DNA of 61,712 nt, the filler included. It is 6 parts of 6 records of this genome, joined end to end, with 100 filler letters (N's around TTAATTAATTAA, not from the genome) between each part and the next. Parts side by side here need not be neighbours in the genome. Positions count along the whole stretch, not along the records: positions 10,696 to 21,264 come from SRR2962707_4439; 5 more parts are not named here. One strand, 5' to 3'. Within the stretch, counting starts at the first letter, position 1, and the number at the start of each line of letters is the position of its first letter. The position numbers and the translations under genes are program-made. The notes below the pieces were generated by a model. That model ran no database searches, was not told where the DNA came from, and saw only the letters and a list, made by a program, of their open reading frames with translations. Shown in pieces: positions 11,135 to 19,508 of this stretch.

Positions 11135-11263
11135 CGCTAAAGCGTTGTTTCTCAATAACTAATTGAGATTGACGTTAGACTTTTAATGCCCCTTTCGCCC
11201 AAATACCGTCAAGGAAACTCAACGAGTCCCAAAACGGTGTCTAACGCGGAAGGGGTCTTTTTT

Positions 11264-11941
11264 CTATTTCCGAAAGCTACCAACTGCCGCTTTGATACCG
11301 GTCATCACCTTGTTGATGGAACCGGACACAACTTTTCCCGGGCCACCTGCCTTACCGGCTTCGCGCAAGGTCATATAGGTGATCACGATATAGGCACTGT
11401 ATTCGACGATCTGGGAATACATCTGGACATAGACACTGTTCGGATCGCCAAAGAACTTGCCAGCAACAAGATCAAACTGGACCGGCGCATCAGCATCACC
11501 AAACGCGACCCAGAAACCCGCGACCACCGTATTGATAATGGCAAGCGCGATATCGACCGCAAACACAGCCATCACTGGCCAAACCATGGCACGGGTCAAC
11601 TGGCGCACCACCCAAGGCCGGGTTGTCATCCGCATTAGCGCGACCTCTGAGGCCGCTTCTGGCGTCAAGGCACCAAGCGTTTCGGCATCGACACGGCCGC
11701 CCTGAATTTCGAGGCGGTCATTCTGTGCCTGATACATCTCGATTTCATTGGACATCCGGTCGACAAATGCCTGCTGCTGGTCGGCTGGCAACTGTTCAAC
11801 GGCAGACCGAAGGGCTACGGCTGTGTCAGGCGCGGCAGTGCCTGTCACTTCTTCGTAGACCTTCTTACCGGTATCGAACAGTTCGGCAACGCCGGTGATG
11901 GCGCTGAAAATGGCCGGGATCGCGGCGAGGAAAGCAACCAT
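11264..11941 (-). CDS. Phage holin-like membrane protein (3TM/GTA-holin-like)
   Basis: Follows the endolysin; N-terminal amphipathic segment, RMTTRPWV motif then hydrophobic segments and Y..LR..K; start MVAFLAA at 11941. Confidence 0.6.
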   Translation of the reverse strand: MVAFLAAIPAIFSAITGVAELFDTGKKVYEEVTGTAAPDTAVALRSAVEQLPADQQQAFVDRMSNEIEMYQAQNDRLEIQGGRVDAETLGALTPEAASEVALMRMTTRPWVVRQLTRAMVWPVMAVFAVDIALAIINTVVAGFWVAFGDADAPVQFDLVAGKFFGDPNSVYVQMYSQIVEYSAYIVITYMTLREAGKAGGPGKVVSGSINKVMTGIKAAVGSFRK

Positions 11942-11942
11942 A

Positions 11943-12332
11943 TCAATAGCTCCACAATGCCGGTGACGGGAAGCCGTGTTGTTCGGCCATGTCGAAATGC
12001 AGGAAACGCTTGCTGTGATCCGGGTTGTCCTGGCTAACACCGATACGGCGGATGCCGTGCTTGTATGCAATCATCATAAGGCGCAACGCATCTGCACCGC
12101 TGACCGCGATATCAACAGCACAGCCATAGGTATGCGCGCCGGGGTTGGCCTTCTTGCGTTCAGCCGAATGGGATGGGTCGCGGTAGCCAGATGACGGCAC
12201 AATCGGCTTTCCGAACTCGGTACGGATCGCCTGCAGGACATCAACGAACCGCTTCTGCATCTCGTTCTTGCCGGTTTCCTTGCAGTCAAATTCGGACTTC
12301 GAAAAGTTTGGGTAATCGTTCCAGTTAATCAT
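11943..12332 (-). CDS. Peptidase M15-family endolysin (Zn D-Ala-D-Ala carboxypeptidase-like)
   Basis: NFSKSEFDCK, SSGYRDPSH, AHTYGCAVDI and FLHFD zinc-ligand motifs. Confidence 0.85.
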   Translation of the reverse strand: MINWNDYPNFSKSEFDCKETGKNEMQKRFVDVLQAIRTEFGKPIVPSSGYRDPSHSAERKKANPGAHTYGCAVDIAVSGADALRLMMIAYKHGIRRIGVSQDNPDHSKRFLHFDMAEQHGFPSPALWSY

Positions 12333-12336
12333 GGCT

Positions 12337-12765
12337 CTAATCCACTTTCATGACGGTTTCGATGTTCGCGATGCGGACCTCGTGGTTAACCTGCTGCTCT
12401 GAAATGGAGACGATCTTGTCCAACCGGTCGAACAGACGGTCGAATCTGCTATCGAACTTTCGTTCCATTTCTTGGAGGTCTGATTTGTGAACAGCGGTGT
12501 CTCTGATGCTTTCAAGGCGGGTCCAGATTTTCTCCCACTCAATCCGGCTTTCGGACTTCCGGGAATCCATTATCTTGATGAGCATTTCCATGCCCTTCGC
12601 GACTTCCTCGGATTGATCATGTTTATGCTTTTCCAACGCGGCCTTGGCCTCGGATTTGACATTCTCAACGATCCGCCAAACCCATATTGCGGCCCCACCG
12701 ACAGCGATGGCCGTCACCGAAACCACCCCGTAGAACTCGCTGGGGCTAAGTTGAATGTTTTCCAA
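12337..12765 (-). CDS. Phage membrane protein with one N-terminal TM helix and coiled coil (lysis-cassette, holin/antiholin-like)
   Basis: TTG start with GGGAG RBS; TM segment GVVSVTAIAVGGAAIWVW; lies just upstream of the endolysin. Confidence 0.5.
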   Translation of the reverse strand: MENIQLSPSEFYGVVSVTAIAVGGAAIWVWRIVENVKSEAKAALEKHKHDQSEEVAKGMEMLIKIMDSRKSESRIEWEKIWTRLESIRDTAVHKSDLQEMERKFDSRFDRLFDRLDKIVSISEQQVNHEVRIANIETVMKVD

Positions 12766-12789
12766 GGCCTGCTCCCTGCCATCGCGCAT

Positions 12790-12816
12790 AAAAAAGACCG
12801 CTTTAAGCGGCCGGTC
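12790..12816 (-). terminator. Terminator-like hairpin between structural and lysis genes
   Basis: Minus strand GCCGC-TTAAA-GCGGT then CTTTTTT; overlaps the stop codon of the 100-aa gene. Confidence 0.5.
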
Positions 12817-13105
12817 CTTTAAGTTTTTGTTCGAGTTCTTGCCAGCTTTCACCGGATGCCACCAAACACGATGGCCCGCTGGGATAGGTGAACAGGATTG
12901 TCCATGTTTCACCGTCCGGTGCTTTAAGAACCTCGATCACGCCACCATTTGAGGTGACACCAATCGCAACAGGTTCCTCGCTGTACTTGGCTTGCAGGCT
13001 GGAGATCACCTTCTGGCGGTCGCCGCAGACCGGACTTGCGGAGATAGGGAACGACGGCAATAAAAAAAGGACCGCTGCATAAGCGATCCCGATAAAGCGT
13101 TTCAT
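12803..13105 (-). CDS. Small secreted phage protein, unknown function
   Basis: Signal peptide, two Cys (VCGDR..SCLVASGE), GAAGGA RBS. Confidence 0.7.
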   Translation of the reverse strand: MKRFIGIAYAAVLFLLPSFPISASPVCGDRQKVISSLQAKYSEEPVAIGVTSNGGVIEVLKAPDGETWTILFTYPSGPSCLVASGESWQELEQKLKGPAA

Positions 13106-13136
13106 GGGTTTGGTCCTTCTATTTGCTGGAATGCGT

Positions 13137-15587
13137 TCACTGCACGTTTCGTGCCCGCATTTTGGCGCGAATTGCCCGCTGGGGCTCTGGCTCTTCCCGG
13201 CGCGGGGATATCATTCCAGAAAGAGTTTCTGCGGGCTGCTCGATCATGGTTCCGTCACTAAGTGCGATCTTCACCCAGACCTGACCATTTTCTTCGGCCG
13301 CATCAACGATGACACCTGATGCAACTGACCCATTGGCGCGATATACATCGACAGCGGTGTTCGTTTTGGGCATCTGAACGCTTGAAAGCAGAGCGTTCGA
13401 TTTTTTACCTGCCATAGCATCAGAGATAAACCTCTTACCTGATGCAATATCGCCTGTTTCAATGGGGCTTGATACATCGGTTTCGCTTATTGGAATCGGC
13501 TGGGACCCCGCTCTTTCGCGTTCGCCAGACGGGGCATTGAATGGCATCGACACTGTTGCCGTCCGATCTGGTGACATCCAACCGACCTGCTGCCCGTCGC
13601 CTGCGAAAATGGGCTGGTACCCATTCGGCGCGACAGATGTCTCTTGAGCGGCCACCATGCCCTGAGCAACACCTTTGCCATTCCCTGCGGCACCAGATTG
13701 ATCAGCTACTGCCTGCCGCAATCGCTGGACGGATCCACTATTTTGCGCCGTGTTCTGACTGAAAAGCATGTCGCCGATCTCGTCGCGCACCTTCTCTTGC
13801 GGCATCGAGACAAAATCGCCCACAGCTCTGGCGCCACGGCCAAGCAACCCAATTTTGTTTCCCGTCAGAAGGTCTGAAGCAACACCTGCTCCACCCTCTA
13901 GATCAAGCCCCTCTTCAAGTCTTGGTTGAGTTTGAGAACCGGACAGGATTTCGTTTCGGGTGCGCGACATCTTCATTTCGGCAAGCATACGCTTTTCAAA
14001 CTCTTGATAGGCTTTCCGGTTGGGGAAAACTGCGGCGAGTTTGTTGCGCTTGAGTTTTGTACCGAAAAGACGCTTCGCGATATCTGAATTATCAGGTGCC
14101 TTGCGGATTTCCTCAACCAGTTGTCGAGCCACACCGTTGCGGAAAAATGCTTTGTCGTTCTCACTGAGGCGCGATAACTGCGATTTAGTGACCTCGACAT
14201 CACCACGCAGAAAAGCCCGTCCTTTTTGCAAAGCATCCAGCGATTGCGAAGGGCCGGCCCATGCTTCTCGTGCTGCCTTGTAATCAGGGTTCGCCTCATC
14301 CAGAAGGGAAAGAAATCTATTCTTGGTATTGTTGATTGCCCGACCGGATTCGTCCAGCACTAGCCTTCCCGTCGTTTTGTCCCTGAATGTCTCAAGAACA
14401 TCATCGATACCACGCTTAACGTAATCAAGGGTTTGCATCGAAGGTGTCTTCGTGAAAACAACATCACCAGCATCATTTAGATCAAACCCAAGACTGGCCG
14501 GATCTCGACCCTCTTCCGTTGCGATACGTCCCGCCCTGTTCACCGCCTGCTTCATGGACGGGCGGTCCATCAGAGCAGAAATCTTGTCATTCCAGACATC
14601 GGTTTTTTCATAGGCTTTTTTATAAAGTGGTGCGGCACGGTCTGCCCTCAGCGCCATCAAGTTATCGGCATTCTCGTAGAAGCTGTCTCCGCTCTCGGTT
14701 AAGCCCTCTTCTGCGGCGCCCTCTATACGCCGATACTGAGTTGCGTTGCGGCGATCAAGGACACGTTCAGCCGTGTTTTTTGCGCGACCTGGTTTACTTG
14801 AAGCGGCACGGCCAAGGCCCCGGAGGTTCTTGCCACCAGCATCTGCGATGGTTGCTTCCGGGCCAAGCATCTCAAGGCGGCGTGCGATTCGATCCGGGCT
14901 GCTGTCGTCCTTGGCGATAGCATCAATGATCTTTCGATCCGCCGCTGTAGCTGGTCCATTTTTGCGGATCCTGTCAAGCACAGCATCAAATGCCTTTGAT
15001 GTAGCTTTTGCCAAAGGGTATGCTGCGGCCCCTATTCCAGCACCGACTAGCGCACTTTTACCGGCATTATCTATGCGGTTCTCGATTCCGTCTTCCCCAG
15101 CGCCAAACCCGGAAAGAGCGCCACCTGTCGCGCCTGTTGCCACGGCTCCTTTGAATCCGTTCAGCATCTTTGCCCCAGACGCGACTTTTCCCGGCCCTGC
15201 AATTGCTCCGGCAATTTCGGCACTGGTTGAAATAATGGGGTGTTCTTGTGCGAATGTTGCGTTTTGAAGTCTCTCTGCTTCAAGAGCTTGATCGTAACGC
15301 TCCCCCATTGGATTGCTGTAATTGAACCAGTCCCCGTCCGGGGTGCGCCCAAGTAACGCGGCTTCTGCCGCTGTCATCTCGTCTCCGAAATTAAATGTTG
15401 CGCCAGCGGTAAAGCTATCAACAATGCTTTCAGCCATCCCTTGGTCTTTTGGTTGGCGACCAAGAATGTTAATCAACTCTTCGTCTGACAGGGCGCTGAC
15501 AGGGCGGGCAACAGGCGTGTCAGTTACCCCGGCACTGCCAAGCATCTGCTTGATATCATCATCGCTGATTTTCGAAAGGTCTGCCAT
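13137..15587 (-). CDS. Large putative DNA ejection (internal virion) protein
   Basis: 816 aa; GATFNFGDE motif, Gly/Ala-rich hydrophobic segments, helical body (LDYVKRGIDD, NPDYKAAR); last of the structural block. Confidence 0.7.
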   Translation of the reverse strand: MADLSKISDDDIKQMLGSAGVTDTPVARPVSALSDEELINILGRQPKDQGMAESIVDSFTAGATFNFGDEMTAAEAALLGRTPDGDWFNYSNPMGERYDQALEAERLQNATFAQEHPIISTSAEIAGAIAGPGKVASGAKMLNGFKGAVATGATGGALSGFGAGEDGIENRIDNAGKSALVGAGIGAAAYPLAKATSKAFDAVLDRIRKNGPATAADRKIIDAIAKDDSSPDRIARRLEMLGPEATIADAGGKNLRGLGRAASSKPGRAKNTAERVLDRRNATQYRRIEGAAEEGLTESGDSFYENADNLMALRADRAAPLYKKAYEKTDVWNDKISALMDRPSMKQAVNRAGRIATEEGRDPASLGFDLNDAGDVVFTKTPSMQTLDYVKRGIDDVLETFRDKTTGRLVLDESGRAINNTKNRFLSLLDEANPDYKAAREAWAGPSQSLDALQKGRAFLRGDVEVTKSQLSRLSENDKAFFRNGVARQLVEEIRKAPDNSDIAKRLFGTKLKRNKLAAVFPNRKAYQEFEKRMLAEMKMSRTRNEILSGSQTQPRLEEGLDLEGGAGVASDLLTGNKIGLLGRGARAVGDFVSMPQEKVRDEIGDMLFSQNTAQNSGSVQRLRQAVADQSGAAGNGKGVAQGMVAAQETSVAPNGYQPIFAGDGQQVGWMSPDRTATVSMPFNAPSGERERAGSQPIPISETDVSSPIETGDIASGKRFISDAMAGKKSNALLSSVQMPKTNTAVDVYRANGSVASGVIVDAAEENGQVWVKIALSDGTMIEQPAETLSGMISPRREEPEPQRAIRAKMRARNVQ

Positions 15588-15669
15588 GTTTCACCTTTTG
15601 GAATGGTCAGATGCGTTAAAATGCGTCATTCTTTCATCTGTTCCCTGATGTCCCCACCAAGGAAAGCAA

Positions 15670-16089
15670 ATGAAATTCCTGATCGCTGTAATGATTGGAT
15701 TGTCGGTCACGGTAGCGGCTCATGCCGAAACAAAGGTACCGACAGCCGATGCCGTTTACCGGTTCTGCATAAATGAAGAGCCGGGCGATCTAAAGGCCTG
15801 TCACGGATATTTGCGTGGCATGGTCGAATATCACCAGTATCTCGAAAGCACGGAACGCAAGTGGTGTCTTCCAGACAAATGGGATACCGCTGTTATCCTG
15901 AAAGCAATTCTGCCCCGCCTTGAACAGGCTCACATGAGGCCAGAATGGGGCCAGATGTCCGCCTACGGTTTTGTTGCTGTTGCGATAGCCGAGGCCTTCC
16001 CTTGCGATAATGGCCTCTCTCATCTCAGCGACGAGGAACTGCTTGATCTTCTCGACAAACTTAGACGCAAGGGCGAGAGATCATCTTAA
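15670..16089 (+). CDS. Secreted Rap1a/Tai-like immunity-fold protein (antisense prophage moron) with a C-terminal LSDEEL extension
   Basis: Signal peptide (..VAAHA-E); Cys pattern C..C-HGYLRG..WCLP..AEAFPC typical of Rap1a; AAGGA RBS; shares TTAA stop overlap with the convergent gene. Confidence 0.7.
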   Translation: MKFLIAVMIGLSVTVAAHAETKVPTADAVYRFCINEEPGDLKACHGYLRGMVEYHQYLESTERKWCLPDKWDTAVILKAILPRLEQAHMRPEWGQMSAYGFVAVAIAEAFPCDNGLSHLSDEELLDLLDKLRRKGERSS

Positions 16090-17468
16090 TTGATGATTCC
16101 CCGCTTTCTGGCTTCCTCGATAATTTCAGACAGATCGCGTTCCTCGCCATCCGGGCCAACGATCCGCTGATTGGTTGACAATCTGTCGTTTCCGGAACGA
16201 CTGCGACCATTCCCGCTGGACTGATCGCCATCGGTCAATGGATCACCGTTTCCCGCGCCGCCATATTCATTCCGGAACGCCTTGATACGATCTGCGCGAA
16301 CCGAGTTCAGGTTGTTTCTAATGCGTAAAAGGTTGGCACGTAGCTCGTCGACGCTTTGACCCTGCTCTATGCTGTTATTGACAGACTGCAGCAACGCCAG
16401 CTCTCGTTCAGTCACCTGACCAAGCGCCCCACCTGTTGGCGAGTTATCACGCATTTCCTGCAAACGGTCGAAGCCGATGTTTGCCTTGATCGTATCCAGT
16501 CGCTTGGAAATATCATATGCCGATGTCCCAGGAACGTTGGACATCATCGACCCGGGTGCCCCAGCCGTCCATCCGTCAAGGTCCTCCAAAACACGATCAA
16601 TTGTTGTAACAACGGTTTCCGTGGTTCGATCCAGACTTGACATACTGCTGCGGGCTTTACGTTCACGCATCGGCGCCTCAACGTCATCCTTGGCCTGTTC
16701 CTTGGCTCTGGCGACATCATATTGAATACCGGCGTCTGCAGATGGAGACATCAAGGGCTTTGCTCCGGGTCCCTCATTTTGAGAAAGTGCATCGGGATTG
16801 TCTTCAGCCAACGATGAGGGGTCGATATCTTGCGGAACATTAGTCGGGGATCCGTCGCTATCGACAGTCGGATAGAACGGTTGACCAATGCGGGTCGGGC
16901 TTCCTTTTTCGTCAACACCCAGCATAATCGCCATTCCACTGATCTTGTCGACCATCATCTGCCCACCCGCAGTCGGGACGACATAATATCGACTTTTGCC
17001 GTCGCCGCTCTTTTCTGGCGCGCGCTGACCAATAGCATCTGCGGGATCAGCATAAACGCGATTCCCGTTTTGATCTATCACCTCAACAGGCTTCCGGTTC
17101 TTATCGTTCTGCCCCGCCGTGAAATCACGGTTTGCAGTGTTTTCATTGCTCTGATGCGAACGGTTGGCATTATTCTCGCCAGATGTGAACTCTTGCCCGC
17201 CGATCCGCTCCGACCGGGTGAAGTCACGGTTGAGATCGTTCTGACCTGCGGCGAAGTCCTGACCTGCGGCACGTTCACCGCTCTGGAAGGATTGCGTGTC
17301 TTCGCGATCAGCAACAGCATTGGCGCGGTCTTCAACACGATGCCTGTCCTGACGGGCTGCAACCACTTCCCGGATGCGATCTTCGCGATCCTGTCTGCCC
17401 TTCTCGACCATACCCATGCCTACGCCTGTTGCCAGACCGCCTGTAAATGCAAGAAGACCGTTCGCCAT
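16086..17468 (-). CDS. Putative DNA ejection protein with 11-residue repeats
   Basis: Gly-rich N-terminus, hendecad repeats, C-terminal IKANIGFDRLQEMRDNSPTGGALGQVTERELALL motif of the kind seen in podovirus DNA-transfer proteins. Confidence 0.7.
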   Translation of the reverse strand: MANGLLAFTGGLATGVGMGMVEKGRQDREDRIREVVAARQDRHRVEDRANAVADREDTQSFQSGERAAGQDFAAGQNDLNRDFTRSERIGGQEFTSGENNANRSHQSNENTANRDFTAGQNDKNRKPVEVIDQNGNRVYADPADAIGQRAPEKSGDGKSRYYVVPTAGGQMMVDKISGMAIMLGVDEKGSPTRIGQPFYPTVDSDGSPTNVPQDIDPSSLAEDNPDALSQNEGPGAKPLMSPSADAGIQYDVARAKEQAKDDVEAPMRERKARSSMSSLDRTTETVVTTIDRVLEDLDGWTAGAPGSMMSNVPGTSAYDISKRLDTIKANIGFDRLQEMRDNSPTGGALGQVTERELALLQSVNNSIEQGQSVDELRANLLRIRNNLNSVRADRIKAFRNEYGGAGNGDPLTDGDQSSGNGRSRSGNDRLSTNQRIVGPDGEERDLSEIIEEARKRGIIN

Positions 17469-17469
17469 A

Positions 17470-18060
17470 TCACATCCCTCCCTTACGTTGCTTGGCTTCC
17501 ATGGCGCGGCGTTGCTGACGGTTCATCGGGGCAGGCTCCTGTATCGCGCCTGCTCCACCTGCTTCTGACTGGGCCATGATCTGCTGAAGCTGCTGATTTG
17601 CTTGCGCACCATCAAGCATGCCTTTTTCCTCAAGGATGCGGCCATAGCTGGCAACGGCCTCAAGGAAGGCATTGGTTGCCTCGTCTTCGCTGATGTCGGT
17701 CCCACTGATCTTTTCAATGGTATCGACCGCCTCATCTGTGGTTTCGGCAATGGCATTCACCATCATGTCAGACGTAACCGGCACGTTGGCCTGTTTCGCG
17801 CTGATGAATGCCGCTGCTGCTGCATTGGCGACGATTTCAACGATGCCGATAACGGGGGTTGGTGCGGCTTCGACTGCCTGCATCACCCCTTGAAAACCGG
17901 CTTTGTCATAGATCAGAACCCGGATGTTATCTACGACCTTCTGATAGACCTTCATTTCTTCCGGGGTTGGTTCTTCCATCGGAAGTCCGGGCGCGGCTTC
18001 TGTCTGCGTCGGAGTTTGCGCCTGCTGCGGATCTGTCGGGCCGCTCATCAATCCTGCCAT
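17470..18060 (-). CDS. Phage hypothetical protein within the ejection module
   Basis: 196 aa, acidic and helical, tightly packed with neighbours, AGGA RBS. Confidence 0.65.
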   Translation of the reverse strand: MAGLMSGPTDPQQAQTPTQTEAAPGLPMEEPTPEEMKVYQKVVDNIRVLIYDKAGFQGVMQAVEAAPTPVIGIVEIVANAAAAAFISAKQANVPVTSDMMVNAIAETTDEAVDTIEKISGTDISEDEATNAFLEAVASYGRILEEKGMLDGAQANQQLQQIMAQSEAGGAGAIQEPAPMNRQQRRAMEAKQRKGGM

Positions 18061-18077
18061 TGTCCTGATCCTTGTGA

Positions 18078-18968
18078 TTATGCTGTTGCTGCGTTCGGAA
18101 CGAAAACGGCACGGCCCGTTGCCCGGTCAAAGACATAGCGACCGCCATAAGTTGACGGATCAAACCGCTGTTCCGGGCTTGGCGCACCTTCGCCAACAGG
18201 TGCCGCCAACATGCCGGGATTGATTTCGCCAGTACCGTAATTACCCGCGATGTATTCCTGCTGCTGGCGCTGGCGATCCATTGCGGATTCTGCATTGGCG
18301 CGGGCTGCATCTTCATCGGCACCGGATGCGGCATATCCGCTCACACCTTGACCAACACCCTGAATTGCCATCCCTGCAACAGTCGGATTTTGGTTAAGAA
18401 AACTCAGAAGGCCATTGCCCTGCGACCCGGAACCGGAAAACCCGGATGCCGATGCCGAATTGACAACATCAGATCCGGCACCACCTGCGATCTGCGGTGC
18501 CTTGCTTGCCGATGCCAGCATGTCTTCACCGGAACCGCCAGCAATATTGCCTGTGCCAGAACCGCCAGAGATATCGCCGGTATTGTTTCCAAGCAGATCA
18601 GCTTCGCTCTGCCCCTGTGGCAGACCCGCCATATTAAGACCACCCAGAAGACCGCCTGCGGCACCACCGGCAAGCGCACCTTTGGTCAAGCCATCCGTGA
18701 TCGACTTGCCGCGCACCGCATTAACAGCACCCCCGACAAGTGATCCATACCCGGCATATTTGACGGCCCCGCCGACGACATTGGAAAGGGCAGTTCCCTG
18801 CCCGAACATATCGCCGATGCTGCGCGAAACACCGGACCAACCCTGCGAGAAGAAATTACTTCCCCCGCCTGATGCCCCGGAAAGCGCAGAACCCGCTGTA
18901 AAAGCAACGGCCGCTGCACCAACTGCAACGGCCGCGATCTTGCCAAACTTTTTAAAGAAGCCTTTCAT
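18078..18968 (-). CDS. Gly/Ala-rich putative ejection (pilot) protein
   Basis: N-terminal KGFFKKFGKIAAVAVGAAAVAFTAG hydrophobic hairpin, glycine-zipper-like segments, GAGG RBS. Confidence 0.65.
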   Translation of the reverse strand: MKGFFKKFGKIAAVAVGAAAVAFTAGSALSGASGGGSNFFSQGWSGVSRSIGDMFGQGTALSNVVGGAVKYAGYGSLVGGAVNAVRGKSITDGLTKGALAGGAAGGLLGGLNMAGLPQGQSEADLLGNNTGDISGGSGTGNIAGGSGEDMLASASKAPQIAGGAGSDVVNSASASGFSGSGSQGNGLLSFLNQNPTVAGMAIQGVGQGVSGYAASGADEDAARANAESAMDRQRQQQEYIAGNYGTGEINPGMLAAPVGEGAPSPEQRFDPSTYGGRYVFDRATGRAVFVPNAATA

Positions 18969-18980
18969 GTCCTCATTCCC

Positions 18981-19484
18981 TTACGCCGGGGTTTCCCAAG
19001 TCAACTGTGTGCCATAGACCTGCGACACCACGTTGTTACCGCTGTCACGCATCTGCTGGATCATGGTCAGGTAGCGATCCCGCACATCAGCCGGAAGATT
19101 GGCGTTCGACGCGATGGCGGCAAAACTCTGCGCATAGTTCTGATCAGCTGCGGCTACACCGGCCTGCATGTATTGGCGATCATGGGCAGCAACATTCATC
19201 GCCGCGATGTCTTCTTGTGATTTAAGACCCATGCGTTGGGTATTCTTGTTGGCGATCTGACTGGCTTCCTGTGACGCAATCGGGATCGCCGCGTTATAGG
19301 CCTCACGCTGGCTTTCACCAACGGCCATCGAACTGTTAAGCAGACCGCGACGGTTGGCACTTTGCATGCCCGCCGTTTTGGCCTGCTGCATCAACGGGCT
19401 GTTCTGTGAGGTCAGTTTATTGACCTGCTTGGAAACGGAATCATCTTCGTAATCCCACTTACCGGTACTTGAATTGAAAGCCAT
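18981..19484 (-). CDS. Small putative internal virion/ejection protein
   Basis: SPLMQQA..G..SANRRGLLNSSMAVG motif; lies between the tail fibre and ejection genes. Confidence 0.6.
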   Translation of the reverse strand: MAFNSSTGKWDYEDDSVSKQVNKLTSQNSPLMQQAKTAGMQSANRRGLLNSSMAVGESQREAYNAAIPIASQEASQIANKNTQRMGLKSQEDIAAMNVAAHDRQYMQAGVAAADQNYAQSFAAIASNANLPADVRDRYLTMIQQMRDSGNNVVSQVYGTQLTWETPA

Positions 19485-19508
19485 AACGTTAATCCATCTG
19501 TTGTTTGA

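Noticed and set aside
11186-11638. 150-aa plus-strand ORF after glnA as a second moron or integrase fragment
   Set aside because: Mostly antisense to the holin-like gene; no integrase motifs or clear RBS.
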